Shown in pieces: positions 1 through 13,000 of a DNA stretch of 64,000 nt. Made by a program: the position numbers and the translations under genes. The notes below the pieces were generated by a model that saw nothing but the letters and a program-made list of their open reading frames with translations, was not told where the DNA came from and ran no database searches. The stretch is from positions 22,042 through 86,041 of the forward strand of contig NMRA01000153.1 of the NCBI GenBank assembly GCA_002633005.1. Direction: 5' to 3'. Positions within the stretch are counted from its first letter, which is position 1. Each line of letters begins with the position of its first letter. The stretch comes from Phoronis australis. Its lineage: Eukaryota > Animalia > Phoronida.

Positions 1-341
1 AAATCCGTAGTCATGAAAACACAGCCTGGCTGGCCCATTCTCCGGTCGTTACTATGATGCTTTAAACAACTGACCGACATACGACAAAATATGATCTAAC
101 TTTTCGAAAACATTTATAAATTTTACACGGACATATTTTGCTTCGTCGCGGCAACGATCCAACGCTTCCGAATCTCAACGTCTGTAGAGATTGTGAAGCA
201 GACAGTTGCGTGTCCGTATTTTTTCTAGCCGTTCGCGGAAAAACACGGTCTGAAACACAGAACTATGCCGATAAGCTAACAGAGCATCGTAGCGAGCCTC
301 GTTTTGGAATGCGCCTCCTGTCGGCGTGAATAGGGTCTATA
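1..341. mobile_element. End of a non-autonomous DNA transposon, same family as 50396-51348
   Basis: About 200-341 is the reverse complement of about 50396-50530 (terminus ..GGCGTGAATAGGGTCTATA). The left boundary is not determined. Confidence 0.65.
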
Positions 342-499
342 TGTCTTCACACAGGTCATATGTTGGTCACATCACGTGAAGACGTGTCAAACATGTAAAT
401 TGTTACTGTCGCACAATTAATTTTCTATGCAACAAAAAAGCAACTATCGAGTTTAACATTATGTAAAATTTGAGCATTTATTTCAATACTACATTTGTC

Positions 500-1150
500 C
501 AAGGTTTTATTACAGAGCACTTGTCGGATCGAGTCTACACAGTCACTTGTCTTTGAAAGTTTATTATTGGAGTTCATGGTGATTATTTAAAAACCTAATG
601 ACTTTGTAGAATATATCCATTCTAGTAATGACGATGGTATTCTTCTATGTCAAAATGTTCTGCCAGGCGGAATGGAGCGTGTCTGTAAATTTAGTGAAGA
701 CCACAGTTATGGTGTTTAGAAACGGAGCTAGTTCCCTTGAGAAATTGCGAGATGTGGTATTTTGGAGGTGAAAAACTCGAAGTGATTTCCATGCCAGCTA
801 CAAGCACAGGCCAGCCCAAGCCACGGAGGTAGCCATTACAGTCGACAAGCTACAAAGAAGCTGGACCATATTTTAACCACGTGTGGCTTTTGAGACATTT
901 GATAAAATAATTTACCCCAGCTCATGCTATGGAGCCGAAATATGGGGCTTACAAGAATACGACTGGTTAGAACAAGTTTAAATTAAATTTTGCAGGCGTG
1001 TATTGGATGTAGCTAATTCATGCTGAAACAATGCTGCACTGAGCGCATGTCGGCGGTTGCCGTTATTTACTAATCACTATGTTGCCGTGATCACGTATTG
1101 GTTCAAACTTTTCAAAATGCCTCATCGCATGACTTTGACCAAAATGGTCG
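500..1150 (+). mobile_element. Decayed non-LTR retrotransposon (LINE) fragment, region downstream of the RT core
   Basis: Broken frames translate to MVFRNG and FDKIIYP..CYGAEIWG..LEQV*IKFCRRVLDV, matching the YGxEIWG..KFCKRILGV motif of LINE ORF2. Stops and frameshifts are present. Confidence 0.7.
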
Positions 1151-1185
1151 GCACTCCCGAAATTGAGCCACGTCACTTAGACTTA

Positions 1186-2350
1186 TACAGCCGATTTCAT
1201 AAAGGTGGTTTAAAGGTAAACCTGGTTTAAACTGGACTTAGACCAGGCTTAAAGATGATCTGCATTTCATAAAGTGGCTTAACTTTTAGACCAGTGGTCT
1301 AGTAAAACCTGATTTAACTCCTATTTAGACCTGGTCTAAGTCAGTTTTCATTTCACCAACGAAGTCTATATTCTTTAGATCTGTATTAAGATCTTAAACC
1401 AGGTTTAACTTTAGACTTGGTCAGACCTAGGTTTAACTGTTAAATATGACAGACTTGCATGATATAGGTGCAACTGAATGAGGCCGCGTTGTGCATTTAC
1501 GACGCAGTTTTAGAGCGAAAATGGACTATTTTCAATATTCAGTTTTACGAAGACACAAGATCAAACGTAGCAGGGGCGGATCTACGACTTTTAAGGGGAG
1601 GGGGTCGGTCAAGGATTTTTTAAAAGGGGGGACCAAGTCAACAATTTGATGATTATAGATTTGATCTCACTAAAATCAAGAAAAATGGGAGTCCGAACCC
1701 CCTGACCCCCTTGGATCCGCCTATGTGTAGACCAGTTCGTGCTGAATAGTGTCCTGCGGATTCTTCAGAACACGACTGGTCGAGCAGGGCGTCATCGTCA
1801 TAAGCGCTACGGATTTGACTGAAGACAGCATTTTCTGATTCTTCTGAGTTCCACCTCCATTGGTTTCCGATTTAATGTTGCCGGGAAGGGGTCTTGCCAC
1901 CCCCTTTGGCCGCGAAAAATAAACACTAAAATGGCACGGAAATAAATTTGGACATTTATGATATCGATATTACGGCTAATCGTGAGCATGTACTTTAATG
2001 TGTCTATACGTGTGTTGGTCACACACATTACATTTTTCCTCATGAGAAAAGCTTTTACACCTTTTTCGCAAATGTCTTCACTGATTCTACTAGTGTGTGC
2101 CACTGTATACCCACGTGATCAAGGTTTCATTGAAGCACTTCAATAGTTTCTTTGTTGGGTTAATCCAGATCGACACAGAAGGGTGGCTTAGATACTTTAA
2201 ACCTGGTTTTCCTAAACCGGCTCCCTGGTCTAACAAAACCAGGCTTTCAGACTTTTAAACCACGTTGGTGAAATGCAAATTGAGTCTAAAATAAAACCAG
2301 GTGTAGGAAGACCAGGTTTAAGTCTTAAACCTGGTCTGAATATTTCGGTA
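1186..2350. mobile_element. Non-autonomous DNA transposon-like element (Harbinger-MITE-like) with many subterminal palindromic AAACCTGGTTT/AGACCAGG repeats
   Basis: Clusters of the motif occur at 1200-1440 and 2195-2340, with inverted ends (ATTTCATAAAGGTGGTTTAAA vs TTTAAACCACGTTGGTGAAAT). It contains a nested MITE. The superfamily assignment is tentative. Confidence 0.55.
1571..1725. mobile_element. Short MITE with CAGGGGCGGATC-type terminal inverted repeats
   Basis: CAGGGGCGGATC...GATCCGCCTATG. Related elements occur at about 7587-7863, 16553-16723, 19581-19925 and inside 50396-51348. Confidence 0.65.
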
Positions 2351-2610
2351 CTTCTTGTAGCCATAGTGTTTATCAAAACATTTCAGTACCACGTCTAAAT
2401 TATACCTGTCTTCCGGCGACAAATCAATTGTATTAAACAATTTGACACCATCTGCTCCAAGGAGATGAAGTAAAATGTTAACTTTCTGTTTACCTGACGC
2501 ATCCTCGAGTCCGCTTGCGATCAGGTAAATGTCAAATCGCCACTGGCTCCAACTTTCTCCTGTTTTGTCAGTCTCTAGCTGTACAAACGGTTCTGGCGGG
2601 TTCACAGGCG
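2340..2610 (-). mobile_element. Ty3/Gypsy LTR retrotransposon gag fragment
   Basis: NPPEPF..GESWSQW-RFDIYLIASGL..KQKVNILLHLLGADGVKLFNT..LDVVLKCFDKHY is the typical gag N-terminus of invertebrate Gypsy (Mag/K02A2.6-like) elements. It is truncated by the neighbouring element. Confidence 0.75.
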
Positions 2611-2899
2611 TTTGGGCTGAAATCGTTACTGAAGCGCTAGTAGGCTACGGAGAGAAAAGAATTCTAAAAAAATCGAGATAAAGCTCCCGTGATCTGGTCA
2701 TGAATACTGGCTAGTACCAAGGGATTGGAATAAAAAATCATTTAAGGACTGTGTTGTGATTACATGTTCCCTCAGTAATGCACCGGGCATTCAAGGTCAT
2801 AACCCTACGGCTGCGGTGGCCATTTGAGTATTATTTTCTGTGTTGTTGCCTATTCCAACACAAAAAAGCTTGATGTTTGAAATTAGTGCCTGGTTGATG

Positions 2900-3830
2900 T
2901 TTGATCAAGAGGTGAATTAAACATTCGCTATCTGGTTGCAATACATTTTATATGCATTATCTATTAATTTCGGAAGACTTCTGACCGAGTTTTTTCTACC
3001 CGGTAAATTCCAAGTTTAACCAAGATACGCCCTTGCTTTAACTTGGATTAATATCAATTTCTGCTTTACAAAAAATCACATGGGGAACCATACATTCGGT
3101 AACTGGTTGCAATACAATTTAAATGCTTTTTTTCTATTACCTTCATAACACTTCTGAGCGCATTCGCAGTTTTTTCTACCTAATTCCAAGTTCAGTAAGC
3201 AAGCCACAACGGCTTAAACTTGGAATAATTCAATATCTGCTTTACAAAAATCACGTGACGAACCAAACATTCTTTAAGTGGTTGCAACACCACTTTAAAT
3301 GCATTTTCTATTACTTGCGGAACACTTCTGAGCGCATTCGCAGCTTTTTATGCCTGATTCCAAGTTAAAGCAAGGGCGTGGCTTGCTTAAACTTGGATTA
3401 ATTCAGTTTCTGCTTTACAAAAAATCAAGTGGTAAACCAAACATTGCTTTAACTGGTTGCAATATATTGTAAATTCATTTTCTATTAAGCCTACTTTTGA
3501 AACACCTCTGAGTGCATTTTATGATAGTTTTTTTGTACCTAATTCCAAGTTTAAGCAAGCCACGCCCTTGCTTAAACTTGGAATGGTTGTATATTAGCTT
3601 CACAAAAAGTCACATGGTGAACCAAACATTCTCTGACAGGTTACAATGTGTTGTAAGCACAACTTTTTTCTTATCTTGAGACTTTACTGAACACGTTAAC
3701 AATTATTTCCTTCCGAATTCCAAGTTTAAGCAGGCCAGGCCACTGCTTCAACTTGGAATAATTCTATTTTCGCTTTACAAACCTTATGTTGTGAAGTAAG
3801 CATTCTCTGAAAGATTACAAGATATCATGA
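2900..3830. repeat. Degenerate tandem array, about 5 units of about 175-185 bp, each with an internal hairpin
   Basis: The anchor ATTCCAAGTT recurs near 3007, 3183, 3357, 3542 and 3717, usually followed by its inverse AACTTGGA. Confidence 0.8.
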
Positions 3831-3832
3831 AC

Positions 3833-6751
3833 AATTTTTTTCTGTCCCTGTAAATTATCGTCCAAGTTTAAAAGATGACGGTAGTAAAAATAATGCAGCA
3901 ATAAACCGGTTCTAACATACGAACAAAACTGACATTTGCCCGAGTTGCGCTCCAAACAAAAGCTGATTCACATTTATTGTAAAAACACTAATACTGACAG
4001 CAATCTCTGATTGGCTGATATATCAGTGGTTGATAGGGCATCGACTGCTTATCACATATTGCTGCTCCATATTGCGACAATGAGTTGATAGAGTTTACAC
4101 CGCGTTCTATTATTCTATGCTCAAGTGCAAAATGGCTTACGTGGACTTGTCAGTGTTTCATCTCAGTTTGAACTTAAAAACCTCAGCCAGTGTTTTGATT
4201 CACTGAGTCAATCCTCGCATCATTGGTGCCAAAGTTGACAGATAAAAGCAGGGACCAGCTAAAAACTTTACTACATTTGTCACAGATTGGGTACCATGGT
4301 TCTTGGTGGCTGGTTCTCCCCACAGTTGCCTAAGTTGTAGGTCACTCTTGCCCATTTAGCATGACTTCGAAATGAGTTTTCAATTTTTTCTCCAAACTTT
4401 TATTTAATATTGTCGAGGGTTATAGAGCATTGTGTTGTTTTAGGGGATTGGATGGGAATTGCATTTTTCATATATGTTAATATGGCAAAACTAGATATGT
4501 ATGGTGTCCTTTTAAATGACCCTGTCATTGAAGCAAAAAGTTTGAGACTGAATTGGAGTTTTTATTCGAAATCTCAATTTTTTTACTCGATTTTTTTTCT
4601 CGATTCTAGGAGTCATCAAATGCGAACATGGCCCGGACTTGAGGAACTCATTTGCAAAAACCATAACCAGGTATGCTCAAACACGGATTAATTGACACTT
4701 ATCTCGAGTTCGTAAAAAAATGTCAAAAATAATTTCGATTTGGAGTCAGTGAGAAAACTTAGATGCTGGGCTCAGAACTCGTACAGCAACCGTATTGACA
4801 GAGATGTGCCGGAGTTCTGGAAACCAGGAGAATGCCACCCTCGGGCCGGTTAATCGTAGCTCATTTGAATGACAAATGTATTTCAAACGTACTTGACAAA
4901 CAAGCGTGAACAAAAATTGCCATAGAAAGAGGTGTCTCCCACTTATTCACTAGGACCATCAATGCAACAACAATTGAGCGCGCACTCTAGATTGGGAAAA
5001 TGGGAGCCCAATCTTGATGTGTGCACATTCCAAAGCCCACAGAAACTACACCTTCATATATCGATATTCACACTTGTAGATCTAGTGTACAGAATAAATA
5101 CATATATTTACCAGCCACACTACATCTGTCTGTGTCCCGCATTTCGTTGTACTACTTGAACATTCAAATCGGACTGTTTTTATTTATGAGGTCCCATGTA
5201 TGAATGTTGTTGTTGATAGGACATCTGCAATNAATTTTTTTCTGTCCCTGTAAATTATCGTCCAAGTTTAAAAGATGACGGTAGTAAAAATAATGCAGCA
5301 ATAAACCGGTTCTAACATACGAACAAAACTGACATTTGCCCGAGTTGCGCTCCAAACAAAAGCTGATTCACGTTTATTGTAAAAACACTAATACTGACAG
5401 CAATCTCTGATTGGCTGATATGTCAGTGGTTGAGAGGGCATGTAATACTGACAGCAATCTCTGATTGGCTGATATGTCAGTGGTTGAGAGGGCATGTAAT
5501 ACTGACAGCAATCTCTGATTGGCTGATATGTCAGTGGTCGAGAGAGCATCAACTGCTTATCACATATTGCTGCTCCATATTGCGACAATGAGTTGATAGA
5601 GTTTACATCGCGTTCTATTATTCTATGCTCAAGTGCAAAATGGCTTACGTGGACTTGTCAGTGTTTCATCTCAGTTTGAACTTAAAACCCTCAGCCAGTG
5701 TTTTGATTCACTGAGTCAATCCTCGCATCATTGGTGCCAATGTTGACAGATAAAAGCAGGGATCAGCTAAAAACTTTTACTACCTATGTCACAGATTGGG
5801 TATCATGGTTCTTGGTGGGTGGTTCTCCCCACAGTTGCCTAAGTTGTAGGTCACTCTTGCCCGTTTAGCATGACTTCGAAATGAGTTTTCAATTTTTCCT
5901 CCAAACTTTTATTTAATATTGTCGAGGGTTATAGAGCATTGTGTTGTTTTAGGGGATTGGATGGGAATTGCATTTTTCATATGTGTTAATATGGCAAAAC
6001 TAGATTTGTATGGTGTCCTTTTAAATGACCCTGTCATTGAAGCAAAAAGTTTGAGACTGAATAAGAGTTTTTATTCGAAATCTCAATTTTTTTACTCGAT
6101 TTTTTTTCTCGATTCTAGGAGTCATCAAATGCGAACATGGCCCGCACTTGAGGAACTCATTTGCAAAAACCATAATCAGGTATGCTCAAACACGGATTAA
6201 TTGACACTTATCTCGAGTTCGTAAAAAGTTGAACGAAAAATGTCAAAAATAATTTCGATTTGGAGTCAGTGAGAAAACTTAGAGGCTGGGCTCAGAACTC
6301 GTACAGCAACCGTATTGACAGAGATGTGCCGGAGTTCTGGAAACCAGGAGAATGCCACCCTCGGGCCGGTTAATCGTAGCTCATTTGAATGACCAATGTA
6401 TTTCAAACGTACTTGACAAACAAGCGTGAACAAAAATTGCCATAGAAAGAGGTGTCTCCCACTTAGTCACTAGGACCATCAATGCAACAACAATTGAGCG
6501 CGCACTCTAGATTGGGAAAATGGGAGCCCAATCTTGATGTGTGCACATTCCAAAGTCCACAGAAACTACACCTTCATATATCGATATTCACACTTGTAGA
6601 ACTAGTGTACAGAATAAATACATATATTTACCAGCCACACTACATCTGTCTGTGTCCCGCATTTCGTTGTACTACTTGAACATTCAAATCGGACTGTTTT
6701 TATTTATGAGGTCCCATGTATGAATGCTGTTGTTGATAGGACATCTGCAAT
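3833..6751. repeat. Near-identical tandem duplication (3833-5231 and 5233-6751) joined by a single N
   Basis: The copies align end to end with scattered substitutions. Copy 2 carries a triplicated 48-bp unit (about 5389-5540) and a short insertion near 6228. Confidence 0.92.
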
Positions 6752-7006
6752 CTGTAAATTACAGGAGCAGAAGGGTTTTTAAGATAACAATAATATTACA
6801 AAGTAACTTAACAAAATCATGTTTTGAAAAGGATAATTGCCTGACTTATCGTCAATCAATGAATGAACGAGCTACTGCGCTATCAAGGTCACGACGTTCC
6901 GATGATCCTGACTTTTGACCGACGACCCTGCAGTGCACTCCGTAAGGACCCCGCCTGTAATTTATGCGAGGTCTTTGAAGATCAACCTTTAGACCAGCTG
7001 CTTAAA

Positions 7007-10000
7007 ATGAGCGGAGGAAACCTTTTGAAGCGATCGACCGTTTACAACGACCGGGGACTGCATGAATTGTCACTTACTAATGACGTAATTGAATGGAAAC
7101 GCCTCCAAAAACATTGCAGTTCGACAGGTAAATATATATCAAGGTAGCGCCATGTTACTATGCTGCGTGACCGTTGGCGCCGCTCGTACACATCCGCCGC
7201 TTGACACGATACTACAATAGAGAAAGGTTATTATGCATATTCTCTTTATCGTATTATATCTAGTGACTGAAATGGATCATGAGAACAGTGACTTAACTTA
7301 CTAAATTAGGGCTAGATCTGGCTGTTAGACCCGGCCCTGCGTCATACAACATTTTTAACCGTTCGTACTTAAATAGGAGGTCAGGCACAACTCTGTTGAC
7401 TTTTCTATCTACGAGAGAACCAGACGGTTGACATACCTGGTCATTGGAATAGTGCCGCTGGCAGCCAGTGTCCGCTGCATATGCAAACGCAGCATGCTAA
7501 CATGATTTTCACATTAATTAAAACCGTAACATGAAACAGTTTAAAGTAACTATCTTTCCGAATAATTCTCATTCAACCAATTATTACATAGGCGGATTTA
7601 GGGGGGAGGGCCCCCCTCCTTGGCTGGTGCAGGGAAAAATAAATAGCAGCAACAGCGTGACGAAACGAGTGCACCAATTTGGAATGGCAGCGGGGGGGCA
7701 GGGCGCAGCGGAATCGTGTTCCCGCTTTTTTTTAGTCCTCCAATAGAATTCCACATCGCCAGCCCCCGCAACTTTCGGGCCGCCTGTGCATACAATCACG
7801 CTTTGCCCAGTTCTGCGAGGCAAAATTTATTGCCCCCCTTATGGTATCCTAGATCCGCCACTGCACTAGACACTCTCGCACTCACGTACTCTGTGAATCG
7901 AACCACAGGTCTCTAAGATTGTCGGTCTCGGGCTCTTCTGACTGAGCTACCGAGGACCCGATATCTGTGCAATAACTGTTTGCACCCAAGTGTTTTATTA
8001 TACATCCCATGAGTGACGGCAACGGCAATGGCAAGAGATGACGAGTTACTGACAAATCGGACTATACCTGTGGCCCCTAATGTCAATTGTTTTTTTTTTT
8101 ACGTTCGCATCTATATCTTCGGATTTCGTTAGCTTATTTTCATGAAATTTGGCAGATAGTTATGTTTTGCAGAGATGACGCCACTTTCTCAATTCGGATG
8201 GGTTTGACGCAATATGCAGCATCTAATGGGCACTCTTATAATTCTAAAAATACTCATTGAAGCACACCGTTTGCCATGCTATCGTGGGGGCATTTCAACA
8301 GTCCACGTTGCTCTTGTTGACATCTGTGTTTATATCTACTTAACCTCTTGCAAGGTCACAATTTGGCGTGTGTAGTCCTATTTTAAGCTCGACCACAATT
8401 GGACCAATGCTGTGCCTCTGAATGGAATTTTTTTTCTCAGAACACTGAGTTACGCCTGTCTATCTTTAGAGTTCCTTTGCGGATTTTCATTTAATTTTGC
8501 CGGACAGTGTTCTTGGAGAGAAGACAACACCTTGTTTTGGATAGGTTCAATGTATTCTGTGCCGTTTAATGGCCATTTTTACGATATTAAAAACACCTAC
8601 TGGAATTGCGTTGCAGTCGTGGGTGCATTTCAACGCTCCATGTAGCTCTTGTTTACAAGGTTTTAAGTATGACAGCACACAGTTGTACGGTAAACAACAG
8701 AATAACCGGCCTTTTTTTAGAGCGTGTGAAGGTTCAAGAAATCGTGGTCGCAACTCAAAAGAATTGCTGCTTTTCTGTTCATGTGATCGACAGACAACCC
8801 AATCACATATGGACAGTGAAAGAGTTGTCATTTTCGTGCAACAATGACGAGGAAGCCGAAGACTGGGTGAAATGTATTACAGAACTCTTGTCTAAGCCAG
8901 GTCAGTGAGTTAGAACACCTTCTTCAAAATCAAACATAAATTATCGCTGTGCAAATATACCATCTGCACAAAGAGTAAAACACTTTACTTGTTTGAAGTC
9001 GTTTAGTATGCCTAAAAAAGAGGTGCAGGTGACCGGATGCCTTTTGCAGTAGGCCTACACCAAGACGTGCTTGGGCTTCAAGGCCGGGCCTATTACACCA
9101 TACTTGGTCAGTTAGTGGCTAGTGAGAATTAGCGTTCTTCTGTGATAAAAATGCTGGCATTTGACTACTCTCGAATGGAATCGTATTCAACCAAGATAAG
9201 AAATAATCACATTAGACAAATAGCGACATGACAGTATCAGTCATTGGTGAATGAGTTTCAGCTACTGTCTCCGTTTTGTTTTGAAAAACAAAACTTAATT
9301 GATGACGTGGCACTTTTTCAAGGCAGAATGTTTTCAGTTACGAAAATGCTTAGATGCTAAACTTTAAGGTGATCAATAATTTCAATCTATTTATTTTCTG
9401 CGTACTTAATGTTTTCTACTAAGTTCATATTATTTGTCACATAATTGGGATCCTCGAAGATCTGTGAGTAAGTTAGCAACTTTCCCAAAAATATTCGACA
9501 TTGGAAATAAAAATCACTAATAATCTTTAAAATCTGACAAGCACGCCTCCTTTCTTTAGTAAACTCTTTCTCTTGCAGAATTTAAACGTCCGAAACGTCT
9601 ACTGGTGTTCGTCAACCCAAACGGGGGAGGCGGTCGTTGTAAGACCATCTACTGTCGCGATGTTGAACCCCTGTTTGAGTTGGCCGGAATTGAAACTACA
9701 GTTGTGTGTAAGCACATATGTGCGTGTTGGCATATTGGGATACCAACCTGGAATGTTGATAGGTCTACTGTAGAAGAGAACAACCTGGAATGTTGATAGG
9801 TCTACTGTAGAAGAGAACAACCTGGAATGTTGATAGGTCTACTGTAGAAGAGAACAACCTGGAATGTTGATAGGTCTACTGTAGAAGAGAACAACTGATA
9901 GGAGCTTTCACCCTGATATTATCGTGATTTAACGACCCACTTAAATCAATGAACTTTGAGAAGACGGAAGTTGTACCTTTACGAAATATGACATCTCGTG

Positions 10001-13000
10001 CGATTTTGGTTGATCATAATTTGTCGTAACAGATTTTTAAGGAATTCGCATCAACCATTTTTAGTGAACTCAGTCACATGAATGGCATGATACGAATAAA
10101 TAGTTGTTATGAACGACTGACATAATTTTTCACGCAAGGTTCATCATCAATGGTGAAAATTTATGATTTCGCTGAGTAATGCTAAATAATAGAAAGAGGT
10201 TTTCCATGAATGATCATTTATCATTAGCCTGATGATCGTTTACCGTCAGCTCGTTATGGATTTAACAAAAATGGTGGTGTAGGATTTGAGACAAAATTTT
10301 CATTTTTGGAGAGTTTCTAGCCTCACTCTTTCACAGAGAATTTAATCGAAAAAAGCGCCCCTTGTAAATAAAATTACCGTGAAAATCCACCCTTTTTAGT
10401 GTCATATCCTCTGTGCCCAACATAATATATCCAGTTGATAAATCACACCACAAGTTGGTTGTGTAAATGCCCATAAATCCTGCTCCAAGGATTTGTCTCT
10501 GCATTCGAAACTCGATTGATCAATTTACATTCTTGCTTCGGGTAAACTTACAATTTTGTTCTCCAACTATGTGATTGGTTTCAAAGTTTCGAATCCGCGT
10601 CTGAATGTAGTCTAAGTTCGCAGATTAGGTCTTGGGCCCTGAATTCGCTAACCATGTGACAGAATCGACTAAATTTTCCATGTAGCCTACGTAATGTTCG
10701 TCACGTCGAATTTTTAGGTTGGAGACGTAATTATCTTCCCCCATGCAACGGGAATGATAATTTCTATGCAAATCTTTCGACATATTTACCGTAAAGCTTC
10801 TTTCAATTAGAACAAAACATGGTAGAAAGATAAATTTTATTTTATCAAAAATTCTAACAAGAGTGAACAAGAAGACAAATTTACTTAATTATTTGAAAAC
10901 GTTATATGGTACAGCTGTCATCAACAAACACAAGATGAAATTTTGAACATTTGTGGAAATATAGTGGTACTGAAAAATGAAAAAAATAACAATTTTGGCC
11001 ATTCTTTTTGTTAGAGTTAAAGGAAACTTTACCGTAAGTTGAGTTTTAAATAAAACCGCTGATATCGTAAGAGGTTTCGGAATCCTATTTCGTGAGGCAA
11101 CACATCGCCTCTATACGACACGTAAAGTTTAGTTAAATGTACAACGAAAATACAAAATAATTCGTCAGTCTGTTTGTTTTAACCGTTCTAGATACTACAA
11201 GTGGAACTCAAGCTCCTGAAATGCTAAAAAACTATCATGACTACTCTTCGATCGATGGGTAAGTGGCAGTAGTGATGATGAGACAATGTTTTCAGTATTA
11301 AGATGACCGTTATTCTAATGTTTTAATAACAATTACAATAATGCTGCTACTGTTGCTGCTGCTGGTGGTGGTGTGTTGCTGGTGGTGGTGATGGTGGTGA
11401 TGATCATTTTCGTCAGAAATAACATATGAGATATTGTTGTGGCATCTCATACAGGGTAGTTGCCGTCGGCGGAGACGGCACTGCAAACCTCGTTGCTAGT
11501 GCCATCCTGGAGCGGGCCTACAGAGACGCCGGCGAAGATTTAAATAAGGCTGACGCGAAAGCTTGCAAAACTCCAGTCCGGCTGGGATTAATTCCGTCAG
11601 GTTTGTACGTTGAATCTGACCATTCTTGCTATTTTAAATGTATAGGAATCGATACCTACTTTTTTTTCTTAACGTGTATCTAGTTGGAGGTCATATTTTA
11701 GGTATAGGTAGTAAAATTCGCTTTAAGTCCATTTTGTTTAGACTTTTTCCAACATTGAATGTTGCTTATCAAACGTACCAGTTTTACAATACGCCAAAAA
11801 TACACAATTGACTTCAAGTTAATGAAATGGACTTAAATAATTTGGTAATCGCCTATATTATATCTACAAGGCAATTGATTGCAGGCTCGACTGATCTGAT
11901 TTGCCACAAGTACACAATTGGAACTAGAGATCCGTCGACCGCGGCTCTGCATATTATCATCGGTAAGTGAAAGCAGATAATAGAGGCACTTAGAGCATAC
12001 ATTGGACAATTAAAATGATTTGATCAGTATTAAAGGAAATGCATAAGTTTAGATATATTATAAAATGTCGTTTTGAGAAAATATTGTAAATTAGTCGAAT
12101 TGGACATTTTGAAAATGTCTCCGAAACGGACATTGATAGTTCGATCCAAAACAGATTTCTGTTTTTCTTAATTTCGTCGAGTTTTCGATGTTCTTTCATA
12201 TGGGACGTTTTTATAACTAATCGATCGAAAAGCGAGCAGTAAGAGTGGTATTAGTAATGAGATCGATCTGTTATTTCAGGAGATGAGATTGAGGTCGACA
12301 CATGCGCGGTTCGTCACAAAGAGAACTTTCTATCCTTCTTTTTGATGATGTTTACTCGTGGATTGGTAGGAGACTTGTTTCGTTTCTCAGAAAACCACTA
12401 CATGAGAAAATTAGGAAGAGCGAGATATATGCTCACTGGTATGTAAAACAAGTAACAAAAAACGTTACCATGAGCAGCAACGCTGAGTGATGTGTATACC
12501 GACAATACGGCAATAATTCCATCGCATTACCTATTTCGTTTTGATCACTATATGTGTATAGAAAACAGTGTGAGTACACGCTGAGCGAGAAACTTCTTAA
12601 TAAATAATCACATAATGTATAAAATCAAATTTTATTTTTCATTTTCCTCCTTTTGTATTGTTTAAGCGCCAAACACACTAGTTGTTTGGGACGACTTCAA
12701 CTACGCGACATTATATGTAGCTGGGAATGGTGTTATACTGCTGAATAGTGAAGCGAAGGTGGACAGTCATTTTACATAATCTGTGTCTCGCTGCATACAC
12801 ATGCCGCTGTTCAAGGAGACTTTTCTAACTCATTCCGTGTTTTTCTAAAATTTTCACTTAGAATTATTCAAAATTCGTGTCTTGGCCCTTCGTCTAATTC
12901 TGAATACGCAAAAGTGTCCACTCTTGCCATTTTTATTTTACGTTTAAGCATTGGTCATTTACACGAGAATTGACGCCAGGTCGTGCTTATTTTGGCGGTG

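Noticed and set aside
6863-7006. N-terminal extension of the CERK-like protein suggested by the ORF track
   Set aside because: The ORF starts at a non-ATG codon. An in-frame ATG near 6902 exists, but the PH-like sequence begins just after ATG 7007, which has a better context (AAAATGA). The longer start cannot be fully excluded.
7890-7960. Functional tRNA genes (also about 33925-33990)
   Set aside because: A and B boxes are present but acceptor and anticodon stems are not convincing, so these were treated as SINE heads.
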